IMG/VR virus record: IMGVR_UViG_3300043395_000560
Location: 1 to 61,729 of that record
DNA from: a virus
Lineage: Duplodnaviria > Caudoviricetes
Reading direction: 5' to 3' (one strand)
Length of the DNA stretch: 61,729 nucleotides
Shown here: positions 26,201 through 35,473 of the stretch, piece after piece
Layout: each line of letters starts with the position of its first letter
Position numbering within the stretch: position 1 is the stretch's first letter
The notes under the pieces: model-generated
The model's input: the letters and a program-made list of their open reading frames with translations, nothing else
What the model was told of the DNA's origin: nothing
The model's database searches: none
Translations under genes and position numbers: made by a program

Positions 26201-26857
26201 TGTGCTGCCAATCAAATCACCTACTCGACTAAAGATGCCTGCTTTCTGCGCCTCAACCGGAATCATTGCCCCCGGAACGCCCTGCGTCATGCCCATGTAG
26301 TTCGGGGTTTCCGCAATCTTTGATTTCAATAAATCTAAATCTGGCGTAGTAGCCATCTTCGCCAAAGTCGCGCCGCCTTGAGTGGTCAGCGTACCTGGCC
26401 GTGCAGATGCCACTTGTTGGGCTATCTGTTCGGGCGTCATGCCGGAGCCTTTGATTACTCCAGACGCACTCAACGCATCGTCAGCCAAAGCGCCGCCAGC
26501 ACCAGCCAAAGCACCGCCAAGTTCAGCGCCGCCATAAGCCCCAAGGCCAGCCATAATGCCTTTACTTAGACTGCCCGTAGCAAGAGTTCCAATTGCGCCT
26601 ACCGTCAAGCCCGCTTGGGCTGCGGTCATTACCCCGAATCCTGCTGGGCCAAGAGCAAAACCAAGAATTGTGGGCAGCAAACTCGACAACACCCCCGCTT
26701 CCGGCAGACCAGTCTGCGGATTAATGGTCAGGCTGCCGCCGTGCGCCATAGCTAGCTGCTGGAGGCCGTTAACCTCACCCGGCGTCATGTGGACCAGTAC
26801 TTTGTCTTGACCCCTGCCAGCCTGCTGGAGATGATTGGCTAATGTGTGGAGGCTCAT
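23288..26857 (-). CDS. Large mosaic virion protein with DUF4214-like repeats and Pro/Thr linker
   Basis: Four Y..xLGRxxDxxGxxYW/Y repeats, PTPGGQ repeats, C-terminal GPGDGVSDSIPA...LADGEFVIPA domain. Confidence 0.65.
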   Translation of the reverse strand: MSLHTLANHLQQAGRGQDKVLVHMTPGEVNGLQQLAMAHGGSLTINPQTGLPEAGVLSSLLPTILGFALGPAGFGVMTAAQAGLTVGAIGTLATGSLSKGIMAGLGAYGGAELGGALAGAGGALADDALSASGVIKGSGMTPEQIAQQVASARPGTLTTQGGATLAKMATTPDLDLLKSKIAETPNYMGMTQGVPGAMIPVEAQKAGIFSRVGDLIGSTTGAAPSIAQTASRGPAVLEGLKSVTQTPGSMWNFVKENPYALASVASSISSGMQGDRRAPEEKKGKPIEITRYAYDMPMGAVGTAERNYFPNARFEPTGQYYAKSGGLMALAEGGVIEQMSRQNAIGANTRYPMANQMTSSYATAAQRPISENVIRPQGEANIDPYTGEQRFASGGIPDAFGYGSSSAAPALSVAGPSSAASVGPSASSSGGSAGGSSGDSSGGSSSGGVAAAFQAAGLGAPTASQVSYWSGVPDAGARIAAAAETMRAADAIVASGPRSSYVPAAGITGSHEVRISPTETVQLVPTAPGYDFAKATPFLQQIANTDPQLRSYLQSKGISVAPVAPIGEYAQAQAAGSAAPKTTTTQTSSAPKATTTQTSATQQSAAGAPMPKTSSVVQSAPTTGGIPDPFGYSGTQQTTTAAESAALSPFKDFKFDFNPATGSFSQAPNVGAQGLATPSQVADVYERVLGRQVDLPGLEYYARTSRLTPSELERTLQYSPEFFTNLAKPLVPRVAYDEYGRATIEGAPTYNPMQYGYPMPNVPYVPPAFTTPLTRPTTPTPGGQTPTPTPGGQVPTPTPGGQVPAPTPGGQVPPPAPAPAPTPAPTPAPTPAPAPAPTPISQDPNAYKYNYFDNSPEDNALIKQFQTGPNERARADLVELYMNTFKRVPDKAGFDYYMNTIGADNEISNAEKDFFLKNAQPELSQRKALEDLYKEIGGRDTDIPGREYWMSQIGRAGGIEPVREQIAAGLRKEIDMANAGYRRFDPNQMGSRMTQAEADALNAKAPFLYGTIPGSQSSKYPAGIDNNRAREQLYNLYEQKLGRAPDMAGFDYWINTAGFGNDNQIDDVEINKFLDQAKKAGETVRMAYGGLTGLSSLGGYSDGGRLLKGPGDGVSDSIPAVIGDRQPARLADGEFVIPARIVSELGNGSTDAGARKLYAMMERIQSARKKSVGKGKVAANTKSEKYLPA

Positions 26858-26925
26858 TGCTACCTCATCCTAGAAAATTTGTCAAAGTTTAACACTTCAT
26901 CTCACGCCGTCATAGCAAAGTTCCG

Positions 26926-27807
26926 TTATAACGCTGAAGTAAATGTTGCCGTTACAATAATAGATGGTGAAGTTGGATGTACTGGGCTAGTACCAGGAGG
27001 ATATGTTGCTGCTACTGTGTTCCCGGTAGTTGAAGCAAATAAAAGCTGGATGTAATCCCCTGCATTTACAGGCTGCACCAAGTTCCAAGAAATAATTGCC
27101 GTTCCCGGTCCGCTACCATGCTTAGCAGGAACAGTTGCAACTCCAGCGCTGTAAGGAATATCGACCCCATTAAGTCGGAACCATATCGTTACGTTATCCA
27201 AAGACGTATCAAACGTCAGCATTTGAATGCTGAACTGAATGTTGTAATACCCCGCAGTAGAAAAAACTATCTTGGTTTTGTCTGTAGCGTCTAGCGCCAC
27301 ACCGTTACTACTGGTTGTTGCAAGCAAAGCCAGAGGGGCTGCTACTGATGCCGACGCTAAAGTCTGCGCTTCAGTTACATAAACGCCTGCACTATGAGAT
27401 GCCTTGGTAGATCCGTACGCGCCGCGAGTAATTCCAGTAAACGTCGTAGCCGTCTTGCCAGTATAAGTAATAATTTCACTACCTATAATGATGCCGCCAC
27501 TTGATAAAACAAAATCCGCTGTTGAAGCAACAACAATATCTGCCGTAGAGGTATTGTTAATTCCTGTTGTTAAAGTAGTTACACCATCTTGATAGAACGC
27601 GCCGTTGGGCAATGCTAGGGTGTTTAACAGCCCTAAGCGCAGCTGGCTTCTTAATGTATCTATTTGGTTGAAGTACAACCGCAAAACGCTGTTTAGCTGA
27701 TCCTGATACTGACGCGAATAATCTGTCGGCGCCAACGGCAAAGCAGGAGACTTAACATTCGTAAGCTCTGTCTCTTCCGTTGTAACAACTTGTGTGTAGA
27801 TAGTCAT
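26926..27807 (-). CDS. Tail-associated structural protein
   Basis: LPLAPTDYSRQYQDQL N-terminus, beta-rich C-terminus; follows the nozzle gene. Confidence 0.6.
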   Translation of the reverse strand: MTIYTQVVTTEETELTNVKSPALPLAPTDYSRQYQDQLNSVLRLYFNQIDTLRSQLRLGLLNTLALPNGAFYQDGVTTLTTGINNTSTADIVVASTADFVLSSGGIIIGSEIITYTGKTATTFTGITRGAYGSTKASHSAGVYVTEAQTLASASVAAPLALLATTSSNGVALDATDKTKIVFSTAGYYNIQFSIQMLTFDTSLDNVTIWFRLNGVDIPYSAGVATVPAKHGSGPGTAIISWNLVQPVNAGDYIQLLFASTTGNTVAATYPPGTSPVHPTSPSIIVTATFTSAL

Positions 27808-30209
27808 CTTCTACCGTCAGGACGCACGTCAATTCTTGGTACGCCTAGCTGCCATTGTGTACCAACGGTGTTGGAGCTGATCTTGAATGCCATCTGCCGC
27901 CCACGAATTCTGGTGTACACAATCTCCGTGAACTCTTGAACCGTGTAGTACTTCTGATTCGCATACGATTGCGCTGACTCAACTGTCGGCGTCGCACCCG
28001 AGCCATAAGCTGCGCCAGGGTTTTGCCTCGGACGCACGGTAAACGTAACCGCCGGCTTATCTGGCGCTGGCGTTGTGGAACCATCAAATGTGAGATCAGG
28101 AATAATGCGCCACACAAAACCAAAGTTATGACCATCGCCAATATCAAAGTCTGAAGATTGAATGTAAGCGTCAATCGCGTTCACATCTCCAGCAACGCCA
28201 ACATCATCAGTGCCATTCTCGTGGTAAACAATCGCGTTCTCGTATGTGGCCGCCATAGGATATTCGCGCAACGGTGAATCCAACCACGCACTCCGACCTA
28301 ACGTGCCGTAGTACCACACCTTATCCAAATAGTTGTAGATAACGTACTTATCAATAACCGTGGAATTTGCAGAGCAGTAGAACCACCAAATCTCGCTATA
28401 CCCTTCATTGCTGCCAGCAAAGAACTGAAAGCTTTGCTCCATGTTGATGTCATCAAAAACATATTGCCGCAAGGAACATGGTAATGTTTCCACTCGCCCG
28501 GTATAAACGTAGAACTTATCCGTTCCCATCCAGTACACAATATTGTTTGCCGCAGCCACAGCGTTGGGACCCGCAATAGAAATATTGTGCGAAAGAATGT
28601 TGAAGCTCCACACAAACGGCGGCCCAACGTATTGCATAGACCAGACTGACGCATCAGTAAGAACTAAAATTTCTTGACGCGTTTGTACTGCGGTAACAAT
28701 AAAAGAACCGCTACTTAGCTGGAAACTACCTGCCTGATTGGTAACTGCCGGCGTCCATACAGAATAATTCTCTTGGTCTGACCAACGGACCAACATGTTA
28801 TTTTGATCTACTGATCCGTAGTCGTTGCAACCAAAAGATATTACAAAACGTGACGAATCCGAAACCATCACCAGCGTGGAAACTGATGGACAGTTTGCGT
28901 CTGTTTCGTAGATACCAGGACTATATGGCGCCAACTGTGTAGCGTGTGTAGAGAGTGATGTTAAATCACCATTTACTGAATACTCAGGAATCCACATATA
29001 CAACCCGCCGTTACGCGGATTGATGATTAAGTAATCGCCATAGTTGGCATGGCTCCAAAGTCTAAGCTGTGTGTATGCCGTAAGATCAACGGTTTGCCCC
29101 CATCCTTGGAAGGTGTCGGCGTCATATACAGTAGCGTTGTTGCTATGAGATGCTGCTGATGTACCGTTAATACCGCGTGTGCATCCAGTAAAAGTAGTAG
29201 AGGTTTTGCCTGTATACGTAATTAGTTCTTCATCAACTAATAAAGAACCAGTGGCTGAAAATCCGTTGGTCGAGTCTACAGTGATCGTTGTAACAGCGGA
29301 ATTAATGCTGCCATCTAAATATGTAGTGGGGCTAATTTGATAGCCGCCCCAAGATCCCGCGCCCCATCCAGTTAAAGAAGCATATACGCCAGATCCAGCA
29401 TTTAATTCATATTCGGCTATGACTGTGCCGCCGCCAGTAACACTAGCATTTGCAGGTGATCCCGCATCAACAGTGTAAGTGTTTGCATCTACGTAGGTAA
29501 TTTCGTACCCGCCGTCTAAAGTTAATCCACCTACCGGACTCGCACCTGTAAAAAATACCGTATCACCTGTAATGGCGCCGTGATTTGTGTTTGTTACAGT
29601 TACGATTGACAATCCATTTGTTGTGGTAAATGGATCAATCAATCTTTGTTGGAATGGATACAACTCATACGCAACGTTGCCACCGCCAGTAGTAGTGTTG
29701 TTAGCCGCTGAAGTTACGGTAACAACAAAAGCATTTGCATTTGTGACCGATGCAACCACATGGCGAGTGTTTAATTCAGCTGCTGGGATTCCATCTACCG
29801 CAGATGAATTGGCAAAATAAACAATATCATCTGCTACTAGGTTGTGATTAGAGATGCTGACAACAACGTTTGATGACGTGTTGGTAACAGAAAAAATATT
29901 TGCGCTTGTGCCAGTTTCAACAAAAACGCGGAATGGAGTGATGTCATAATAAGCACCACCACTTTCGATGTAATACTTAGATGTGGTTCCGATGCCAAGT
30001 AAGTTATAGCCGCGAGTGGTTACCCAATTAATTAAACCTCTGGCAGTGCCATCATAAGTAGCTGCACTTATAGGCGCCCAACCACCAATCTTCTCAGGAT
30101 AACCGGAACGAAAACGAATTTTGTCGCACTCAAACCAACCGCCTTCGTTGGCCAGCGTCGTGCCTTCGCGATTGACGCCAGGCCTGAACTGTAGCTGCTG
30201 TAATGGCAT
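27804..30209 (-). CDS. Tail nozzle/stabilisation protein (tubular protein B / gp10-like)
   Basis: 801 aa beta-propeller-like (VRWSDQEN, ILVLTDASVWSM, WWFYCS) with NH(G/N)-xx-GD-type inserts. Confidence 0.75.
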   Translation of the reverse strand: MPLQQLQFRPGVNREGTTLANEGGWFECDKIRFRSGYPEKIGGWAPISAATYDGTARGLINWVTTRGYNLLGIGTTSKYYIESGGAYYDITPFRVFVETGTSANIFSVTNTSSNVVVSISNHNLVADDIVYFANSSAVDGIPAAELNTRHVVASVTNANAFVVTVTSAANNTTTGGGNVAYELYPFQQRLIDPFTTTNGLSIVTVTNTNHGAITGDTVFFTGASPVGGLTLDGGYEITYVDANTYTVDAGSPANASVTGGGTVIAEYELNAGSGVYASLTGWGAGSWGGYQISPTTYLDGSINSAVTTITVDSTNGFSATGSLLVDEELITYTGKTSTTFTGCTRGINGTSAASHSNNATVYDADTFQGWGQTVDLTAYTQLRLWSHANYGDYLIINPRNGGLYMWIPEYSVNGDLTSLSTHATQLAPYSPGIYETDANCPSVSTLVMVSDSSRFVISFGCNDYGSVDQNNMLVRWSDQENYSVWTPAVTNQAGSFQLSSGSFIVTAVQTRQEILVLTDASVWSMQYVGPPFVWSFNILSHNISIAGPNAVAAANNIVYWMGTDKFYVYTGRVETLPCSLRQYVFDDINMEQSFQFFAGSNEGYSEIWWFYCSANSTVIDKYVIYNYLDKVWYYGTLGRSAWLDSPLREYPMAATYENAIVYHENGTDDVGVAGDVNAIDAYIQSSDFDIGDGHNFGFVWRIIPDLTFDGSTTPAPDKPAVTFTVRPRQNPGAAYGSGATPTVESAQSYANQKYYTVQEFTEIVYTRIRGRQMAFKISSNTVGTQWQLGVPRIDVRPDGRR

Positions 30210-30210
30210 C

Positions 30211-30684
30211 TTATTTCACCGTTTGTCTTACTGCGTCGTATTGGGCGTAGCACTGTTTGAGGGCGACGAGGAGTTCGTCGGCTTCTCTAGCGATCCTGAC
30301 AACCACTTCGCTATCCTCTCTGTAAAGCTCTCTGGCGGTACAGGAACTTTGTCCAACGCCGGCGGTACTGGACACGGCACTTGAATTGGTGGCGGGGCGA
30401 CTTTGCCGGTCGCGCAGGCTGTTAGTAAGAGCGGTATTCCTAGCAGCAATATCCCGAATCTCACGATCCTTCTCCTGTCTTAACTTGTCTGCGCCCATCT
30501 GAAGCTGTTGCTGTATCTCAACAGATTCTTCCATAGCCTTAGCGTACTGAGCATACTGCGCGGTCTTCTCTTTGTCCCACGCTTGCTGCACTTCTGCCAT
30601 GCCGGTTTCCTTACCCGTATGATATCCCCCTACTGCTGCCGCGCCAATGGCAAGCACAGCACCAAGTATCAGCCAAGGATTCAT
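30211..30684 (-). CDS. Rz-like inner-membrane spanin
   Basis: N-terminal TM helix and coiled coil; follows the endolysin. Confidence 0.75.
   Translation of the reverse strand: MNPWLILGAVLAIGAAAVGGYHTGKETGMAEVQQAWDKEKTAQYAQYAKAMEESVEIQQQLQMGADKLRQEKDREIRDIAARNTALTNSLRDRQSRPATNSSAVSSTAGVGQSSCTARELYREDSEVVVRIAREADELLVALKQCYAQYDAVRQTVK
30228..30464 (-). CDS. Rz1-like outer-membrane spanin lipoprotein embedded in Rz
   Basis: Alternative frame; LLLTAC lipobox; Pro-rich mature part. Confidence 0.7.
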   Translation of the reverse strand: MRFGILLLGIPLLLTACATGKVAPPPIQVPCPVPPALDKVPVPPESFTERIAKWLSGSLEKPTNSSSPSNSATPNTTQ

Positions 30685-31166
30685 TTCGGCTCCGCAAAAT
30701 ACAGCGCTATCTCATCATTCCTGCGCTTCACCAGTCCTGGCAAAATCTTGCCGCCAGCCTTAGTGAACTTTAGGAACTCTTGCTTCGCCCCTTCAAAGTC
30801 TCCACGGTTATGCTTCTGCCGCAGCGTAGACCGCTGGAGTGTGCCTAGCCCAACATTGAATGCAAAGCTGACCAACGCCCCCAAGCGATTTTCGTTAAGA
30901 TTGTCAGGGCAGTAACGAAGAACACCAGCGACAAAACGCTGTAGGTCTTTCTCAAGGATTTTATCCACTTCGTCTTTGCTAAATACACGGAAGTCCTCCG
31001 GCTTGAGCGCAAACTTGTCGCGCTGATCTATCGGCATCTTGCCCTGCTCAGGGTAGAGAACATGCCCTACCCCAATCGTCCACAACTTAGCCGGACATTT
31101 GTACGGCTTGTATCGGACGCCTTCATGATGACGAATCATCGGGATAACAGCGGCTGGCAGTTTCAT
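30681..31166 (-). CDS. Endolysin, GH24 lysozyme
   Basis: HEG...Y.CPA..WTIGVGH, ALVSFAFNVG, LPGLVKRR. Confidence 0.92.
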   Translation of the reverse strand: MKLPAAVIPMIRHHEGVRYKPYKCPAKLWTIGVGHVLYPEQGKMPIDQRDKFALKPEDFRVFSKDEVDKILEKDLQRFVAGVLRYCPDNLNENRLGALVSFAFNVGLGTLQRSTLRQKHNRGDFEGAKQEFLKFTKAGGKILPGLVKRRNDEIALYFAEPK

Positions 31167-31678
31167 TTACCGGCCTTCGAGTTACCACGAGAACCAAACC
31201 ACATAGCGATAATCGTACCCAAGAGCGCCATCTCATCAGCGTCGAACACAATCTCCATAATCTGGATCAGCTCACCGATTGATGTCACCTTGTCGCCGTG
31301 CATAAATATCCACAGCATGGTCAGCAGATTGATCAGCACCAGCTCAAGCACGAAGATGAACGTGACAAACGGACGGGTAGCTGCGGTCATGTCCTTGACC
31401 CACTGAGAAGAAGATTCCAGTAGCTTCTCTTGATTGTTGTAGATCATGCCCATTTGAGCCATGTATTGCTGATGATCCTGCTCGTCGTTGCCGCGCACTT
31501 CCTCAGTTTTGTCTGCCGGAGAATAGCCGCGCTCGGTCAACGATAACTGCTGGCGCATCTGCATTTGCATGATGTCTAGCTCGTGCTTCTTATCAGCACG
31601 ATCTTGCAACATGTCAAACAATCTTGGGAAGAGAGCGACTATGTAGCCGCCGATGGTTGAGATAAGTGTCAGCATCAC
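31163..31678 (-). CDS. Holin-like membrane protein
   Basis: TRPFVT plus TM helices, WFGSR end; directly upstream of the endolysin. Confidence 0.65.
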   Translation of the reverse strand: MMLTLISTIGGYIVALFPRLFDMLQDRADKKHELDIMQMQMRQQLSLTERGYSPADKTEEVRGNDEQDHQQYMAQMGMIYNNQEKLLESSSQWVKDMTAATRPFVTFIFVLELVLINLLTMLWIFMHGDKVTSIGELIQIMEIVFDADEMALLGTIIAMWFGSRGNSKAGK

Positions 31679-31684
31679 CGCTCC

Positions 31685-31990
31685 TTATTGTCCGTACATC
31701 CGTTCAATCTGTATCTCTTTGCGTAGCTCTCGCATCTTCCTAACTTCATGCACCGCCGCCTGCGTTGCGTAATACATGTCGTAGTACATAAAAGCTAACA
31801 CCGGCATGATGATGAAAAACATCAACAGCACAGCCAGCACTACCACGATAAGTGACCAAGGTACGTCCTCTGAATTGCGCTTCTCGTTGTCAGCCAAAGG
31901 AGTGCCACCGCCCAAATTACTACGAAAATTACTGCTGAAACCCACACCGCTTTTGCCCTGAGTTCCGCTATTTTTCTTTTGCGTCGCCAT
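31685..31990 (-). CDS. Membrane protein (start uncertain)
   Basis: Single TM segment; overlaps the upstream gene. Confidence 0.55.
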   Translation of the reverse strand: MATQKKNSGTQGKSGVGFSSNFRSNLGGGTPLADNEKRNSEDVPWSLIVVVLAVLLMFFIIMPVLAFMYYDMYYATQAAVHEVRKMRELRKEIQIERMYGQ

Positions 31991-32535
31991 CTTGCTATCT
32001 GAGCTAACCTCAGTTCCTCCGCGTGGGCTACCTCCTGTTCAGCGACTATGCGCTGCCACATCTCTTCAAACTTGCTCCACAGACTACCCAACTCCGGCGG
32101 GGCTTTGTACACCATCGTTTCTCGAATCTCTGCCAACATTGCATCTAGCCTTGTCGTAATCAGAATCCGTCTTAACGCCCGTCGCCCGATACTTTCGTTA
32201 CCCTTGTATACCTGCTTGGCTTCTAGCTCTTCCTTCTGCAACGCCTTGTGGATTGCATCATAAGCATCCATCAACGCACCTAACTGATTACCAATGTCGG
32301 TATACACATCAGCCGGATCAGCCTTGGCTATCTGCTGCACACGCTGTACTTCTGCGTGGTACTGCTGTCTCTGTGCTGGGGTCGGGTCTACGATCTTTTC
32401 GTACTGCTGCTTCAGATCATCAATAACGTCTTTTGCTTCCCCAGCTACGCTCTTAATTTCCTTGTATAACTCGCAGCCCTTTCTGACTGCCGCGACCGCA
32501 GCATTTGCAGCAGCTAGAAGGGTGAGCGGATCAAT
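31840..32535 (-). CDS. Coiled-coil protein with C-terminal TM; probable ATT start
   Basis: Frame is open 65 codons upstream of the ORF-track start, to GGAGG-CATAA-ATT GAT CCG (IDPLTLLAAA...). Confidence 0.65.
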   Translation of the reverse strand: MDPLTLLAAANAAVAAVRKGCELYKEIKSVAGEAKDVIDDLKQQYEKIVDPTPAQRQQYHAEVQRVQQIAKADPADVYTDIGNQLGALMDAYDAIHKALQKEELEAKQVYKGNESIGRRALRRILITTRLDAMLAEIRETMVYKAPPELGSLWSKFEEMWQRIVAEQEVAHAEELRLAQIARWRRKRKIAELRAKAVWVSAVIFVVIWAVALLWLTTRSAIQRTYLGHLSW

Positions 32536-32910
32536 TTATGCCTCCGGCATAGTGTCTTTGGTCAAGGAGTGCTTAGCCATCAGTTCATAGGCTTGTTCTG
32601 TCGTAATGTCAGGGGGGGCAATGTCTTCAACGTCATCACCATCCCTAATTGCATGGATACAACAAAATACCGTATTTGGTTCTAAGGCTATAAACTGATG
32701 AGTTATGCCCTTCGGCGTGACAATCAAATGTGGCGCTGTAAATTCCTGCTCTCCGTTATCATGTTTCATAAGCACTTTGCCAGTTGCCAACAGCGTGATG
32801 TGATCAAACACATGAGCGTGCCCATCATGCGTGTCGCCTGCATTTACAAAACGGTGCATTTTGACAAAAATATTGTCAACAATTTTTAGGTCAGTTACCG
32901 GTGTTGACAT
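32536..32910 (-). CDS. Cupin-fold protein
   Basis: GHAHVFDHITLLATG...GITHQF...CIH. Confidence 0.75.
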   Translation of the reverse strand: MSTPVTDLKIVDNIFVKMHRFVNAGDTHDGHAHVFDHITLLATGKVLMKHDNGEQEFTAPHLIVTPKGITHQFIALEPNTVFCCIHAIRDGDDVEDIAPPDITTEQAYELMAKHSLTKDTMPEA

Positions 32911-33247
32911 AAGTTACTCCAATCTGTGTTGCTTGCTGAGCCGCTTCTTGTTCAAGATTACGCCAAACACACAAATTTTCATCAAGAGTCCAGCCATCAC
33001 CTTCTGGCTTAATCGGAATAAACGCATCACGATTTACATCATATGTGTAACCAATACCAGCATAATTTTTACGAAAGCTACCGTTGTAGCTTGTTTGAAT
33101 CCAATTTGTGTTTTCGCCAAACAATTGTTTGCAAAAAGCGACCCCCTTTGCTTCTGATTCTTGCCCATTCTCAAGCAACATCTCATTGCCAACGACAACA
33201 ACTCGCAGCACAACATTGTCTTCGTTTAACTCAGCAAAATGGGCCAT
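32891..33247 (-). CDS. Tail-fibre-associated small protein
   Basis: MAHFAEL...WIQTSYNGSFRKNYAGIGYTYD...DAFI; follows the Gly-rich gene. Confidence 0.7.
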   Translation of the reverse strand: MAHFAELNEDNVVLRVVVVGNEMLLENGQESEAKGVAFCKQLFGENTNWIQTSYNGSFRKNYAGIGYTYDVNRDAFIPIKPEGDGWTLDENLCVWRNLEQEAAQQATQIGVTYVNTGN

Positions 33248-34101
33248 TATTGGAACCTCCAACGAATAACAACAATTCCAGAACCGCCTGACCTTGTAGT
33301 TGGCGACTGTGCGCCGCCAGCGCCTCCGCCAGTGTTGGCAGTGCCATTAGTAGCTTGAATTAACCCAGATTGTTGATAACCATTACCGCCGCCACCTGCA
33401 CCGCCAAGACCTCTATTACCAGTATTACCCGCGCAACCGCCCCCGCCACCCGCATAGGTTAAGGAAGACCCAGAAAGACTAGAAGCGGTTCCTGCTCCGC
33501 CATTGCCCGCATTTACACCAGCAGTAGCTCCAGCACCACCTGCGCCCCCTCCGCCGCCAGCATTGCTATAAGCAGCTTTAGTGTAATTAGAGTTGCCGCC
33601 AGCATTACCTTCTCCCGAAGTTCCCGCCGCGCCATTTTGATTTTGAAACCCAGATCCACCGCCGCCTGAGCCGCCCGTTGATGGGGTGACCGTAGTATAG
33701 CCACCGCGCCCCCCGCCAGTTGTTGTAACCAAAGAACCAAAAGATGATCCGGTTCCGTTTGAAGTCCCACCTCCCCCACCACCAACCGTAATCGTGTAAG
33801 CCTGAGCGGCAACAGTTAAACTCGGAGTAGTTGTAGTTCCTGCGGTTTTCATGCCGCCAGCGCCGCCGCCCCCGCCATATGTCTGCGATGATCCCCCGCC
33901 ACCAGCCACGACTATGTATGAAACTTTATTTCCGTAAGTTCCATCTGAACCTAATGCATTAACAGTAAATGTTCCCGAACCATTGAATGTCGCAACTTTG
34001 TAGTCACCATCATTTGTGACCGTTGCGCCGGATGTAGAAACATCCATATAAAGAGCGCCGCCACCAATACTCGCCAACACTCCTTGAAGTATTCCACTCA
34101 T
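33247..34101 (-). CDS. Glycine-rich tail/fibre protein
   Basis: VVAGGGG, YAGGGGG, GTANTGGGAGG, GGSGIVVIR motifs. Confidence 0.75.
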   Translation of the reverse strand: MSGILQGVLASIGGGALYMDVSTSGATVTNDGDYKVATFNGSGTFTVNALGSDGTYGNKVSYIVVAGGGGSSQTYGGGGGAGGMKTAGTTTTPSLTVAAQAYTITVGGGGGGTSNGTGSSFGSLVTTTGGGRGGYTTVTPSTGGSGGGGSGFQNQNGAAGTSGEGNAGGNSNYTKAAYSNAGGGGGAGGAGATAGVNAGNGGAGTASSLSGSSLTYAGGGGGCAGNTGNRGLGGAGGGGNGYQQSGLIQATNGTANTGGGAGGAQSPTTRSGGSGIVVIRWRFQ

Positions 34102-34113
34102 GCTAATCCACCT

Positions 34114-35463
34114 TTAAGTCAGACCTGTTCCACTTATGATCCACTCGGTGCTTGTAACTTTTACGCAAGTCGCAATACCATTTGCCGCCAAGGTTCTGTT
34201 ACCAGTCGTGCCAGCTCCCGCCAAGCGCATCGTGTCAGTCGTGATCGAAATCGTAATCACCCCTGCGCCGTTTTGGTTGATGAACGTAATCGCAGTACCT
34301 ATTGGATACGCTACGCTAGAGTTTGCAGGTATCGTATATGTTCTTGCCGTTGTGTCTGCCGATGGGTGGAATATCTGTTTACCAGCATCAGTCGCCACTA
34401 ACGTATAGGCTGTAGATTGGCTGTTTTGTGGGATATTTAGATAACCAAGCGTGACATTTTCACCCGGCTCAGGCAACGTCAACGTGCGACTTGCCGACAA
34501 AGTAGCTGGAGTCAGCGTAATTGCAAAACTACCCGTACCGCCAGCACGACCCGCAATAACAACCGCATCTTGCGTGGCTGCGGCTTCAGATCGAACAGCA
34601 TTAGCCGCCCGAAATGTTTGCGCCGCAGTAAAAGTTTGAGTTGTTCCAATAGTTGCTACGGTGTCTGTAACATTTGGCAGACTAAGCGTGGTGCTAGATG
34701 CCAAGGTTGTTGGCTGCAAAGTAATGCGATATGAACTGCTGCCGCCTGCTCTGCCAGCCAAAATCAAAGCATCTTGTGATGATGTAGCCGTGCCAAATGT
34801 TTGGCCTGTTGCGTTGTAAAAAGTATTTGCACCGGTAAAAGAATTATTCCCAGCAGCAGTAACATCACCAGTAGCAGATGATGGTGTATATGCCTCCCAA
34901 GCTGTATTGCCTGCATTTACACGAATGGACTGGCCAGCAGTGGGCGTTACCGTTGTTAATGTATCAAGCGCGTTTGCTACAAAAATCGACCTAGCCGGAA
35001 TAGTCGTATTCCCCGTGCCGCCTTTTGATACAGGCACAGTGCCAACCAAGTTCCCCACATCAGCTGTGGCTATGGTTACAAAGTCAGATCCGTTCCAAGC
35101 GCATAAAGCTTTGGTGGAGGCGGCGATCGTCGTGCCAGTTGTGGCAGATCCTTTTAATACTACTGCCGCATTAGATTGGTTGATGACAATATATGCCTTG
35201 GACTGACTTGGCGCGATAATGTTTCTGCTTACACCAGGCGATCCAGTAGGAATTAGAACTGCACAACGTGCTTGGTTTGAAGCTCCGCCCCCAGTAGTAG
35301 TTAGCGTCCAATCTCCCGAGGCAACTGATGCAGTCGCAGTAGCCGCAATAGAATCTTCTGCTAATTGAGTAATACTGTTGTTAACAGTAGTTCCCCAGGT
35401 TCCCGCCAATTCTCCAGTAGCCGGTAAAGCAAATCCCAATAACGAAGTGTAGGAAGTAGGCAT
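34114..35463 (-). CDS. Tail fibre protein
   Basis: ATGELAGTWGTTVN N-terminus; two AGRAGG...TL.LP repeats; PIGTAITFIN...WIISGTGLT end. Confidence 0.7.
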   Translation of the reverse strand: MPTSYTSLLGFALPATGELAGTWGTTVNNSITQLAEDSIAATATASVASGDWTLTTTGGGASNQARCAVLIPTGSPGVSRNIIAPSQSKAYIVINQSNAAVVLKGSATTGTTIAASTKALCAWNGSDFVTIATADVGNLVGTVPVSKGGTGNTTIPARSIFVANALDTLTTVTPTAGQSIRVNAGNTAWEAYTPSSATGDVTAAGNNSFTGANTFYNATGQTFGTATSSQDALILAGRAGGSSSYRITLQPTTLASSTTLSLPNVTDTVATIGTTQTFTAAQTFRAANAVRSEAAATQDAVVIAGRAGGTGSFAITLTPATLSASRTLTLPEPGENVTLGYLNIPQNSQSTAYTLVATDAGKQIFHPSADTTARTYTIPANSSVAYPIGTAITFINQNGAGVITISITTDTMRLAGAGTTGNRTLAANGIATCVKVTSTEWIISGTGLT

Positions 35464-35473
35464 AATCTATCCT

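Noticed and set aside
33247-34101. GGC-rich runs as further pentamer tracts
   Set aside because: Periodicity is 3 nt (glycine codons), not 5 nt.
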